DNA of 64,000 nucleotides from Geopsychrobacteraceae bacterium (GTDB lineage Bacteria > Desulfobacterota > Desulfuromonadia > Desulfuromonadales > Geopsychrobacteraceae). Within the stretch, counting starts at the first letter, position 1; every line of letters begins with the position of its first letter. This document shows positions 54,986 to 64,000 of the stretch, one piece after another. The stretch covers positions 448,001 to 512,000 of the forward strand of contig CAXXTB010000001.1 of assembly GCA_963676795.2 (NCBI GenBank), written 5' to 3'. The position numbers and the translations under genes are program-made. A model generated the notes under the pieces. The model saw only the letters and a program-made list of their open reading frames with translations, was not told the DNA's origin and searched no databases.

Positions 54986-56100
54986 AAGTACTCAGGCGCA
55001 TCATCGCCCTGATCATCAAAGAGCTGAAGATGATCATGAGCGATCCTAAGAGCCGCTTTGTGGTGATCGGGCCGCCGTTGATCCAGTTTTTTCTGTTTGG
55101 CTACGCAGCGACATTCGATGTGACCCAGGTCCGCTATGCGGTTTACGATCAGGCGCGAACCAGTGAGTCGCGTCAGCTGCTGGCCGATTTTTCCGCCAGT
55201 GACAGTTTCGAACTGGTGGCTGTGCTGGATGGCCTCCAGCAAATCGACGAGACGATCGATCAGGGCCGGGCCCGGTTGATCATTCATATCCCGGCCGATT
55301 TCAGTGAGAAGCTCAATCGAGGAAGCGGGGCTGAAATCCAGGTCATCGCCGACGGGCGCAATTCCAACGTGGCAGCGATTGCGACCAGCTATGTGATCGA
55401 TATCGTCAATCGTTTTAACCAGGAGTGGCTGATTCAGAATGCGCCGGAAACGGCGGTCAGGCTGAACATCGAGCAGCGGGCCTGGTTCAATTCCAACCTG
55501 CTCAGCCGCTGGTTCGTCGTCGCGCCGCTCGGAGGGACCATCTGTATGGTCGTGGTGATGATCCTGACCAGTCTGTCGGTGGCCCGTGAGCGCGAGTTCG
55601 GCACCTTCGATCAGCTGCTGGTCGCGCCCTTTACGCCGGGGGAGATTCTGCTCGCCAAGTCGATTCCGGGGATTCTCTTCGGTCTGGCCGATTCCCTGGT
55701 GCTGGCTGCCGCCAGCGTCTGGTGGTTCGGCGTGCCGTTTCGCGGCAGCATTGCGGCACTGGTCCTTGAGCTGCTGTTCTTCATGGTCTCGATCGTCGGT
55801 GTCGGCCTGCTGGTTTCGTCCCTGTCGATGACCATGCAGCAGGCATTGCTCGGTTCTTTCATCGTGATGATGCCGGCGGTCATTCTTTCCGGTTTTGTCA
55901 CACCGATCGAAAACATGCCCGACTGGTTGCAGACCGGCACTCTGATCAACCCATTGCGCTATGTTGTCCTGGCCTTGCGCGAGATTTTTCTCGAGGGCGC
56001 AGGGCTGCAGCAGGTCTGGCCTCAGCTCTGGCCGTTGTTCGTCATCTCGTGCGTGACCCTGCCGCCAGCGGCCTGGTTGTTCAGGCACCGGGCGGGGTAG
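54982..56100 (+). CDS. ABC-2 permease (YbhR-like)
   Basis: DGRNSN, AREREFGTFDQL, PIENMPDW. Confidence 0.9.
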   Translation: MKVLRRIIALIIKELKMIMSDPKSRFVVIGPPLIQFFLFGYAATFDVTQVRYAVYDQARTSESRQLLADFSASDSFELVAVLDGLQQIDETIDQGRARLIIHIPADFSEKLNRGSGAEIQVIADGRNSNVAAIATSYVIDIVNRFNQEWLIQNAPETAVRLNIEQRAWFNSNLLSRWFVVAPLGGTICMVVVMILTSLSVAREREFGTFDQLLVAPFTPGEILLAKSIPGILFGLADSLVLAAASVWWFGVPFRGSIAALVLELLFFMVSIVGVGLLVSSLSMTMQQALLGSFIVMMPAVILSGFVTPIENMPDWLQTGTLINPLRYVVLALREIFLEGAGLQQVWPQLWPLFVISCVTLPPAAWLFRHRAG

Positions 56101-56117
56101 TGAGAGACAAGATAGCT

Positions 56118-56321
56118 AAGACCAAAGTCGCAGGGTCGCGCCCCCGCACGGCGCCTGACTTTTTGGCCAGAGCCCCAAAAAGTCAGCAAAAATGGCTCTT
56201 GAAATATGTCGGTCGTGTTTCTGCGTCTCTGCGTCGCAACCTACCAGCCAAACGCCTGGCGCCCCAAGATGAGCAAGCTCATCAACGGGCAGAACCGGAA
56301 CAACTCCGCTTGGCGGAGTTG
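56118..56321 (-). repeat. Structured intergenic repeat, copy D (left arm only)
   Basis: Reverse complement aligns to about the first 200 nt of copies A, B and C. Confidence 0.88.
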
Positions 56322-56335
56322 TGATCAAAACCGGT

Positions 56336-57004
56336 TTAAGCCCTCACAATCCGCCCATCATCAATCTCTATCGAACGCCTGGCAAGCCTTGCATAGGATG
56401 GATCATGGGTGACCATGACAACGGCCATCCCTTCAGTGTTCAATTCCGTCAGTAGCTGCATGATCTGCTCGCCCGTTTTTTTGTCCAGACTCCCGGTCGG
56501 CTCGTCGGCAAACAGGACTTTAGACGACTTGACCAGTGCCCGGGCGATGGCGACCCTCTGCTGTTCGCCGCCGGAGAGTTGCCCCGGCAAACGATCTGCT
56601 TTATCGGCCAGTCCGACTCGCGCCAGACAGTCACGGGTTTTTTCAAGGGCTGCTTTGTTGACCGGTCGGAACGATTTCATGTACGGAAGCAGTGCGTTCT
56701 CGAGAACCGTCAGATAGGGAAGCAGATGGTGAAACTGGAAAATGACGGAAAAATCGCTTTGCCTGAGCTGGTTCAGGTGCTTTTCAGGCAACCTGCGGAG
56801 ATCTTTTTCGAGGTAACTGAGTTCTCCTTCGTCAGGCTGAACCAGGGTGGAGAGGACGTTGAGCAGGGTGCTCTTGCCCGAGCCTGAGCGGCCGACGATT
56901 GAGGCAAACTCTCCCTGTTTGATATCGACAGAGACCCCTTTGAGGACCTTGACCTGCTGGCCGACGGCGACAAAACTTTTTTCGATATTTCTGGCTGAAA
57001 TCAT
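56336..57004 (-). CDS. ABC transporter ATP-binding protein (LolD/MacB-type)
   Basis: GRSGSGKST, LSGGEQQR, ADEPTGSLD. Confidence 0.92.
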   Translation of the reverse strand: MISARNIEKSFVAVGQQVKVLKGVSVDIKQGEFASIVGRSGSGKSTLLNVLSTLVQPDEGELSYLEKDLRRLPEKHLNQLRQSDFSVIFQFHHLLPYLTVLENALLPYMKSFRPVNKAALEKTRDCLARVGLADKADRLPGQLSGGEQQRVAIARALVKSSKVLFADEPTGSLDKKTGEQIMQLLTELNTEGMAVVMVTHDPSYARLARRSIEIDDGRIVRA

Positions 57005-57016
57005 ATTTCCTCCTCT

Positions 57017-58180
57017 TCAGAGTGCCACAAGAACGCGAGAAGGTTCGACCCGGGAGCCTTTCCAGGCCGGGTAAAAGGCCGCGATGACGGTAATCAGGGC
57101 AAAAGTCACGATCGTTGTTAGAAGCTGGAGCAGGGAGAATGGCGGCATCGTTCCCTCGGCCAGCTTGAGCAGTTCAAGAACCCGGTAGCTGGCGGCAAAA
57201 CCTCCCAGATATCCGACCAGCCCGGCCGCCGCGCCGATAACTCCGGCTTCAATGCAGAAGATGATGAAAATCTGGGACTTGCCATAGCCCAGGGAGCGCA
57301 GAATGCCGATATCCTTTTTTCGTTCGTTGACGGCCGAAAGCATCGACAGGCCGACCATGCAGGTGGCGGTCACCAGGATGATCAGGCTGACGGTGAGAGC
57401 CAGTTGCTGGACGAAATGGACTGAAGCCATCCGTTGATTGACGACATTTTGCAGAGCGGTGACCTCTGAATCGGGCAACGCAGCCTGGATCTCGGCGACA
57501 ATGTCTTCGATCGGGCAACCGGCACAGAGGGCAGACACCTCGACAAAACTTGCTGCATCTTCGCGTCCCAGCATTTGCTGCAGGAACGGTAGGCCGATAA
57601 ACAGAACGTTGTCGTCATCGCCGCCTGTTTCGTAGAGCGTTGCCGCAACGGTGAAGTTGCGATCCATCAGCGAGACAACGTCCCCCGTTTTGATATTCAG
57701 TTGTTCAGCCGCCCGGCTGCCGATCAGCAGTTCACCGTCACGCGCTGCGAAATCGCCGTCAGTTGCCCAGTAGCTTTTGATCTTCAGTTCTTCGTCCCAG
57801 TTGATCCCGACCAGGGCGACAGCATGCTCCTTGAGACTTGTCATGGTCACCAGTTTTGGTGCTACCGCACTGATCCTGTCTTTGAGTTCAATTCCCCGGA
57901 CGGATTCGACGGTCTGCCGCTCCTCCATATCCTTGACATCGAAAAGCATGTCGCCCATATGAAAGCCGCCATAGCTTAGACTGAGCGTCTCTGTTTTGGG
58001 GGAGATGACGATATTGGCGCCAAACGCGGTCAGTTTCTTTTCCAGGCTTTCGCCGACGACCTTGGAAACCTCATAGAGGGTGACGATCGACATCACCCCA
58101 AGGCTGAAGACAAAGAACAGCAGGAGGATCTTGGACGGTCGGCGGCGCACGTTTCTCAGCGGAATGGTAAAGATGTTCAT
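57017..58180 (-). CDS. ABC permease (FtsX/MacB-type)
   Basis: FGANIVI, periplasmic CAGC, VNERKKDIGILRSLG. Confidence 0.88.
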   Translation of the reverse strand: MNIFTIPLRNVRRRPSKILLLFFVFSLGVMSIVTLYEVSKVVGESLEKKLTAFGANIVISPKTETLSLSYGGFHMGDMLFDVKDMEERQTVESVRGIELKDRISAVAPKLVTMTSLKEHAVALVGINWDEELKIKSYWATDGDFAARDGELLIGSRAAEQLNIKTGDVVSLMDRNFTVAATLYETGGDDDNVLFIGLPFLQQMLGREDAASFVEVSALCAGCPIEDIVAEIQAALPDSEVTALQNVVNQRMASVHFVQQLALTVSLIILVTATCMVGLSMLSAVNERKKDIGILRSLGYGKSQIFIIFCIEAGVIGAAAGLVGYLGGFAASYRVLELLKLAEGTMPPFSLLQLLTTIVTFALITVIAAFYPAWKGSRVEPSRVLVAL

Positions 58181-58189
58181 CCTCTCCTC

Positions 58190-58651
58190 CTAGAAGTAGC
58201 GGGCACCGGCAAGGATGTCACTTTCCTTAATGACAAGCTGCTTTTTCACGGTTGCTCGTTGTAACGGGGCCGGGTTGCAGCCACCTTCGACAACATTGAT
58301 CTGGGTGCTGTGAAAGCGTCGTCCGCAATTGTTGCAGACCATAAAGTCACCATCCTGACTGTAGCCTTTCTTGGCCGGATAACAGACGTCACAGGCATCA
58401 AAGGCAGCCCTGATCACGCCATCACGGCTCTTGAGAACAAAGAATTTGATGTCATGGTCGTGGCCTTTCAAAACGTAGTAATGTGCCTTGCCGTCATTGA
58501 CATCGGCAACAGGGATGCTGACGATGCCATCGATCACTTTAACGGGAGTATATTGGCTGAAGAGTCCGAAAACGGCATGGCTCGACTGTGAAAAGGTCAA
58601 GATCGAGAAAAGGCTGACAACAAGACAAGCAAACAGAGCTTTTTTATACAT
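58190..58651 (-). CDS. DUF2318 Fe-S/Cys-rich protein
   Basis: Signal peptide; AAFDACDVC, VCNNCG, GGCNPAPL. Confidence 0.85.
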   Translation of the reverse strand: MYKKALFACLVVSLFSILTFSQSSHAVFGLFSQYTPVKVIDGIVSIPVADVNDGKAHYYVLKGHDHDIKFFVLKSRDGVIRAAFDACDVCYPAKKGYSQDGDFMVCNNCGRRFHSTQINVVEGGCNPAPLQRATVKKQLVIKESDILAGARYF

Positions 58652-58742
58652 ATAGGTACCCTCAATATAGATAGAGAACGACCTGCACAGTTTAAAACTG
58701 CGCACGAACTTTGGAGTTCTGTCCTAAAATCGAAAGGGGCAA

Positions 58743-59144
58743 TTAATTCAGATAGACGCAATGCCGTTTATAGACGGGAATGGGAGGATCGGGGTCCGGC
58801 AACTGTCTGAAAGACGAAGGTTGAGACGGTGCCCGAGGGGCATATACAACCGGAGCCGGTGAAAAAGCCGCTGTAACCGGAGTGTTTTGGCTGAGTGGAG
58901 AAGACGCGATGGCGTCAAGAGCGGTTTTCCCCATCGCGCAGATCGTATCTGTCTGAACGGGAGCCATGTCATGATTGGCAGCCCCCATGTCTGTGGCCAT
59001 CGTTTTGGCACAACAGGATGCCTCAACGGTCTGACTGTGGTGATGGCAGCTGACCGGACAGTTATCGATTGCAGTGGCCGTACCTGTGATCCCTATGATG
59101 ATGAGTAAGGTCAGGGCCAAAATTTTTCGCAGCATGTCCGCCAT
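58743..59144 (-). CDS. Secreted Cys/His/Pro-rich small protein
   Basis: Signal-like N-terminus; CPVSCHHH, SCC, C-terminal PDPDPPIPVYKRHCVYLN. Confidence 0.7.
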   Translation of the reverse strand: MADMLRKILALTLLIIIGITGTATAIDNCPVSCHHHSQTVEASCCAKTMATDMGAANHDMAPVQTDTICAMGKTALDAIASSPLSQNTPVTAAFSPAPVVYAPRAPSQPSSFRQLPDPDPPIPVYKRHCVYLN

Positions 59145-59435
59145 TCTTATCTCTTCTTAAGCAGCACAGATGCATGATCGCGACGATCCTGAAAGCTTTC
59201 TTGATTGATAAAGTAAGGAACTCTTCTGGAGTAAGTCAATGAAAATTTATCGAAGCAGTCGGGTTTATGGCAGTCCGGAGTTAGAAGCGCCGTCTGTGAT
59301 GAGTGGTAATTTTGCGTAGCAAATCATGCCGTCTACTGCTTTTTATTATTGTTCAGGATGTTATTTCGATTTAGAAACAAAGTCTTGACCTTTGCTATTA
59401 TCCAAATAGCTCTCCCTTACAGAAGGATTCTCAGC

Positions 59436-60587
59436 GTGACTCTCCATACATTCAAAAAGAAAGAAGTTTTTGCCCTCTCCTTCGCCCATCTTGCTCACGA
59501 TATGTTTTCGGCGATTCTGCCTCCGCTGTTGCCACTGTTGATCGCCAAGCTGGGGCTTTCGTTGTCGATGACCGCTTTTCTTGACATTATCCGGCGGATC
59601 CCGGCACTCCTTAACCCTTTTCTGGGGGTTCTGGTCGAGCGGACCGGCAGCCGCTATATCGTTATTCTGACTCCGGCCGTAACGGCGATCAGTATGGGTT
59701 TTGTCGGTCTGGCAAATTCAACGGCGGTGCTCTTCATTCTGCTTTTTATCGCCGGGGTTTCGGCGGCGCTGTTTCATGTGCCCTCACCAGTGATGGTCAA
59801 GGATGTCTCCGGAAATCGGGTCGGGACGGGGATGAGTTTTTTCATGGTCGGGGGTGAGCTGGCCAGGACCCTGGGGCCGATGATGGTCATTGCCGCCGTG
59901 TCGGCCTGGGGGCTGGAGGGGATCTACCGGCTGATTCCGCTCGGTCTGTTCTCCTCCTTTATTCTCTATCTCAAGCTGCGCAATTACCAGCCGCCGCAAC
60001 GCCAGGTCAGAAAAAAGGAGAAGGGGGATACCCAGCGGGTTCTCAAGGAACAGCGCCTGTTTCTTTCAGCGCTGGCCGGGTTCATCCTGTTTCAGTCGGT
60101 CGCCAAGAGTTCTCTGACCCTGTTTCTGCCGGTCTACCTGATGGAGCAGGGGGGCTCGCTCTGGTATGCCGGGATCTCCCTGTCGGTACTGCAGTTCTTC
60201 GGCGTGGTCGGGACCTTCTGTGCCGGCAACATCTCGGACCGGATCGGCCGGCGTAACACCCTGCTGGTTTCCAGTATTGCCACGGTTGTTTTCATGGGGT
60301 TGTTTGTCTGGACCAACAATATCGTTTTGCTCGCTGCACTCGGTCTGGTGCTGTTCGCCTCCGGCCCGGTGCTGCTGGCCAGAACCCAGGATACCGGGAC
60401 CAGGATGCCGACCTTTATGAACAGCATGTACATGTTCATCAACTTCGGGGTCAGCTCGGTTGCGGTCTTCTGTGTCGGTCTGCTGGGCGATGGTCTGGGG
60501 CTGTCACAGACTTACATTATTGCAGCAGTACTCAGTATCATGACGATTCCGATGGCCTGGCTGGTGACAGTAAAGTGTAAAGCGTAA
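59436..60587 (+). CDS. MFS transporter (Fsr-like)
   Basis: AHLAHD, ALFHVP, SFFMVGGELARTLGP, SDRIGRR; GTG start after agaagga. Confidence 0.85.
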   Translation: MTLHTFKKKEVFALSFAHLAHDMFSAILPPLLPLLIAKLGLSLSMTAFLDIIRRIPALLNPFLGVLVERTGSRYIVILTPAVTAISMGFVGLANSTAVLFILLFIAGVSAALFHVPSPVMVKDVSGNRVGTGMSFFMVGGELARTLGPMMVIAAVSAWGLEGIYRLIPLGLFSSFILYLKLRNYQPPQRQVRKKEKGDTQRVLKEQRLFLSALAGFILFQSVAKSSLTLFLPVYLMEQGGSLWYAGISLSVLQFFGVVGTFCAGNISDRIGRRNTLLVSSIATVVFMGLFVWTNNIVLLAALGLVLFASGPVLLARTQDTGTRMPTFMNSMYMFINFGVSSVAVFCVGLLGDGLGLSQTYIIAAVLSIMTIPMAWLVTVKCKA

Positions 60588-60599
60588 ATCGTGAAGCGG

Positions 60600-61586
60600 C
60601 TACAGCTGGAGAGGTGGTTCCTGCAGGATTGACAGCTGTTCGCGCAGTTCGAGGATGTGTTCCCCCCAGTATTGCGGTGTGTCGAACCAGGAGAAGGCGC
60701 GTTTGAATGCCGGGTCGTCCCAGCGTCTGGCCAACCAGGCGGTGTAGTTGATCATGCGCAGGCTGCGCAAGGGTTCGATCAGGCGCAGTTCCGCCGGATT
60801 GAAGTCATGGAACTGGCTGTAGGCGTTGATGATGGTATCGAGCTGGCGCTGTTGCTGCTGGCTGTCACCGGAGAGCAGCATCCACAGATCCTGAACGGCC
60901 GGGGCCATGACGCTGTCATCGAAATCGACGAAGTGGGGCGCATCGTCGCGCCAGAGCATGTTGCCGTTGTGGCAGTCGCCGTGGGTGCGGATGTAGCGCA
61001 GCGGTTCTACTTCGGCAAAGCGCTGTTCGATCAGGGCAATCAGCTCGCGGCAGACACTGCTGTAGGCCTGGGCGTAGTCGGCAGGGATGAAGCGCTCTTT
61101 GATCAGGGTGATGGTTTCCAGGTCGATGCTCTGGGCATTCAGGGTTTTGCGCTGACGGAATTTACTGCGGGCGCCGACGGCATGAATGCGGCCGATCAGG
61201 CGGCCGATGATGGCCAGGTGTTGTTCATTGTCGAGCTCTGGAGAGTGCCCCCCCTTGCGCGGCGAGAGGCTGAAGTAGAAGTCTCTGAAACAATGCAGGG
61301 TTTCTCCCGCATCGCTGGCCAGCGGCGGGACGACCGGCAGCTCATGATCGGCCAGTTCACGGGTGAACTGATGCTCTTCGAGAATCTGTTTCTTGTTCCA
61401 GCGGCCCGGGCGGTAGAACTTGGCGATCAGCGGCTGGGCCTCTTCGATGCCGACCTGGTAGACGCGGTTTTCATAGCTGTTGAGCGGCAGAATCCGGTAG
61501 TCGCAGCGATAGCCGAGCGATTCGACCGCATCCATGATGAAGTCGGGGGTCAGGCGGTCAAACGGGTGGCTGTTCGGCTGTGTCAT
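60600..61586 (-). CDS. srkA: Stress response kinase A (RdoA/YihE)
   Basis: LNSYENRVY, KFYRPGRW, HGDCH, VDFDD, WLARRWDDPAF. Confidence 0.93.
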   Translation of the reverse strand: MTQPNSHPFDRLTPDFIMDAVESLGYRCDYRILPLNSYENRVYQVGIEEAQPLIAKFYRPGRWNKKQILEEHQFTRELADHELPVVPPLASDAGETLHCFRDFYFSLSPRKGGHSPELDNEQHLAIIGRLIGRIHAVGARSKFRQRKTLNAQSIDLETITLIKERFIPADYAQAYSSVCRELIALIEQRFAEVEPLRYIRTHGDCHNGNMLWRDDAPHFVDFDDSVMAPAVQDLWMLLSGDSQQQQRQLDTIINAYSQFHDFNPAELRLIEPLRSLRMINYTAWLARRWDDPAFKRAFSWFDTPQYWGEHILELREQLSILQEPPLQL

Positions 61587-61801
61587 ACAAGTCCTCGCTG
61601 GCAGAAAATAGCCTCATTCAATCGTTCAACTATCATTCGAATGCCAGCGATTTGCAAGCAAAGATTGGTCATGTCCCGTACCGCGAGGAAATGCAGAGAC
61701 GGAATCTTTAGTTTTTTTAAATTGGCCTATGCTAATCATGATCGATGATGTATCATGGTCCTGCTGTCATCTCCATTGCCGGCGACAGCGGGGAGCTGAA
61801 A

Positions 61802-63139
61802 ATGAAAAGAATAGGTTGCGGGATCATTGCGCTGTTGTTTTTCTGGACCGCACTGGCTTGTGCGGAGCCTGATTCTGTCAGCGGGCAGATCGTCGCTGCG
61901 GATAGCGGTGTCGCCATCGCCGGTGCATCGGTCCGGTCGTCCGGCGATCAGGCTCAGAGCAATGAGCAGGGGACTTTCGCTTTGCAGGCAGGTTCATCGG
62001 CCCTGATCATCCGCAAAGCCGGTTATCTTCCCGCCCGGGTGTCCAGCCTGTTTGCTTCGAAAATCACTCTTCAGCCTATCACTCCCAAGGCACTATACCT
62101 CTCTTACTGGGGCGCGGACAGCGCCGAACTGCGTCGGCACCTGCTCGATCTGCTCGAAGAAACCGGGATGAATGCCCTGGTCATCGATCTCAAGTCGGTG
62201 CGGGGGGATATCGCCTATCGTTCCAATGTCCCGCTGGCGACCGCGGTTGGTGCCCAGCGGGTCCGGACCCTGAAGGATCTGCCGCAGCTGATGACCGAGC
62301 TCAAGCAGCGGGGGATCTACACCATTGCCCGCATGGCGGTCTTCAAGGACGACAAGCTGGCCAGGGGGCGCGGCGACCTGGCCATTTACAGCGATGGCAG
62401 GATCTGGAGCGACCGTGAAAAGATGGCCTGGAGCGACCCGTTTCAGCAGGATGTCAGGAATTACAACCTGGCCCTTGCCGAAGAGGTTGCCGCTTTCGGT
62501 TTTGATGAAATTCAGTTCGACTACATCCGCTTCCCGGAGAAATCGGATATCCAACTCTCCCAGGCCAACACCGGGGAAAACCGGGTGGCCGCCATCAATA
62601 CCTTTCTCGACCAGGCTCGCGAGCGGCTGGCCCATTATCCGGTAATGATCTCGGCCAATATCTTCGGTTACATCTGCTGGAAACCGAACGACACCAAGAT
62701 CGGCCAGCGTCTGGCCGATCTGGCCGGGCGGGTCGATTACCTGTCGCCGATGCTGTATCCCTCCGGTTTTACCTACGGGATTCCGGGGATCGACAACCCG
62801 GTCGCCCACAATTTCGAGGTGATCGATCGCTCCTTGCAGCAGGCGATCGACAATGCCGGACTTGAACCTCAGCAATTGCGCCCCTGGCTGCAAGCCTTCA
62901 GGGACTACTCCTTTGATCGCCGATCCTACAAGGCCGAGGACATCCAGGATCAGATCCGCGCCAGTATCAGCAAGAAGAGCCATGGCTGGATGCTCTGGAA
63001 TGCTGCCAGCCGCTTCTCCTATGCCGGGTTGATCCCTGAGCCGAAGGTCGACGTCAACCTGGTTGGCGCAGACAGTTCAGCCGAACTTCGTTCCGATCTG
63101 GACGGTGAGGAAAATCAACAGCAGGATTTGACCTTTTAG
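61802..63139 (+). CDS. Secreted putative glycoside hydrolase (DUF4015-like) with N-terminal beta-sandwich
   Basis: NALVIDLK, VFKD, GFDEIQFDYIRFP, SPMLYPS, RPWLQAF, WMLWNA. Confidence 0.8.
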   Translation: MKRIGCGIIALLFFWTALACAEPDSVSGQIVAADSGVAIAGASVRSSGDQAQSNEQGTFALQAGSSALIIRKAGYLPARVSSLFASKITLQPITPKALYLSYWGADSAELRRHLLDLLEETGMNALVIDLKSVRGDIAYRSNVPLATAVGAQRVRTLKDLPQLMTELKQRGIYTIARMAVFKDDKLARGRGDLAIYSDGRIWSDREKMAWSDPFQQDVRNYNLALAEEVAAFGFDEIQFDYIRFPEKSDIQLSQANTGENRVAAINTFLDQARERLAHYPVMISANIFGYICWKPNDTKIGQRLADLAGRVDYLSPMLYPSGFTYGIPGIDNPVAHNFEVIDRSLQQAIDNAGLEPQQLRPWLQAFRDYSFDRRSYKAEDIQDQIRASISKKSHGWMLWNAASRFSYAGLIPEPKVDVNLVGADSSAELRSDLDGEENQQQDLTF

Positions 63140-63342
63140 AAGTCACTCGTGTTCTATCTGGCAGAGTTGTTATCTTTTCTGTTGGGATATGGCTGCCTGT
63201 TTGATTGTCTAACTGTTTGTTTTACAGTGATTTCTTGTTTTTTTGCAGGAACTGTAGTAGAAAGCAGAACAGTGGTTTAATGATGGCGAAGCCCTTCGCG
63301 ACAACTGGAAGGGTTTTTTTAGTTTTCTAGAAGAGGTTTGCA

Positions 63343-64000
63343 GTGAGCGAAACAGGAACAAGAGTGTTGATGGTTCTGGGTGACCCGATTGCCCATTCTT
63401 TATCTCCGGTCATGCAGAATGCCGCTCTCAAAGAGGCGGGAATCAACGCAGTTTACGGCACCAGCCGGGTCCCGAAAGAGAAGATCGGGGATGCTGTTGC
63501 TGCGATCCGGGCGCTTGGAATCTGGGGTGTCAACTGCACTGTCCCATTGAAGGAAGTCGTTATCCCGCATCTGGATGAAGTGGATGACGCAGCCCGCCTG
63601 GTTGGTGCTGTCAATACCGTCGTCAATCGTGACGGGCACCTATGCGGTTATAACACCGATGTCTACGGTATTTCCAAGACCCTCGAAATCGATCTCGGTT
63701 TCGACCCCCAAGGCAAGAAGGTCATGTTGCTTGGTGCCGGTGGTGCGGCCCGCGCAGCCATTGTCGCCATGTGTCGTGCAGGGGCGAAAATTCTTGGAAT
63801 CGCCAACCGCAGCGTCGAACGTGCTGAAGCTCTGGCTGCAGAATTCACCAAGGTCTATCCGGATACCGAATTTCACACCTACTCCCTGTCGCCACTCGAT
63901 CTGGCCGACGGGCTCAAGGGTGCCGATCTGCTCATCAATTCGACCTCCGTCGGACTCAAAGGGGATCGTTTTATCGATTTCCCATGGCAGGTCCTCCCGC
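63343..64000 (+). CDS. aroE: Shikimate dehydrogenase, 3' partial
   Basis: Not in the ORF track (no stop in window): GDPIAHSLSP, NCTVPLK, GAVNT, GYNTD, LGAGGAAR. Confidence 0.92.
   Translation, partial: MSETGTRVLMVLGDPIAHSLSPVMQNAALKEAGINAVYGTSRVPKEKIGDAVAAIRALGIWGVNCTVPLKEVVIPHLDEVDDAARLVGAVNTVVNRDGHLCGYNTDVYGISKTLEIDLGFDPQGKKVMLLGAGGAARAAIVAMCRAGAKILGIANRSVERAEALAAEFTKVYPDTEFHTYSLSPLDLADGLKGADLLINSTSVGLKGDRFIDFPWQVLP

Noticed and set aside
59200..59255. Possible Fur box upstream of the DUF2318 operon
   Set aside because: Only a weak partial match in AT-rich sequence
59385..59410. TTGACC plus GCTATT-N5-AATAGC as a MerR-type promoter for the MFS gene
   Set aside because: No acceptable -10 box at 17-20 nt spacing

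Overview
64 kb of mostly core chromosome from an anaerobic deltaproteobacterium. The 16S sequence and gene content point to Desulfuromonadales, probably near Desulfuromusa/Geopsychrobacter (inferred, not searched). It holds a full rRNA operon (16S, tRNA-Ile, tRNA-Ala, 23S, 5S), mrcB with a TPR lipoprotein, ahpCF-oxyR, dbpA, yaeQ, two radical SAM genes, a USP plus P-type ATPase, macAB with an outer-membrane factor, znuA, bfr, zupT, a BirA-controlled bioA-D-F-esterase-C/bioB locus, ybhGFSR-like and DUF2318 ABC systems, srkA and a partial aroE. I saw no transposase, integrase, prophage or CRISPR array. Four signals stand out. (1) Four copies of a 200-450 bp intergenic element whose hairpins are kept by compensatory changes, each starting just downstream of a co-oriented gene; one copy has 38-bp terminal inverted repeats. 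(2) A stand-alone gene with 2-deoxy-scyllo-inosose synthase (aminoglycoside BtrC-type) signatures rather than AroB signatures. (3) An unannotated 30-aa six-Cys peptide gene with its own RBS and terminator, next to znuA. (4) A secreted Cys/His/Pro-rich candidate leader peptide ahead of the DUF2318 ABC operon.
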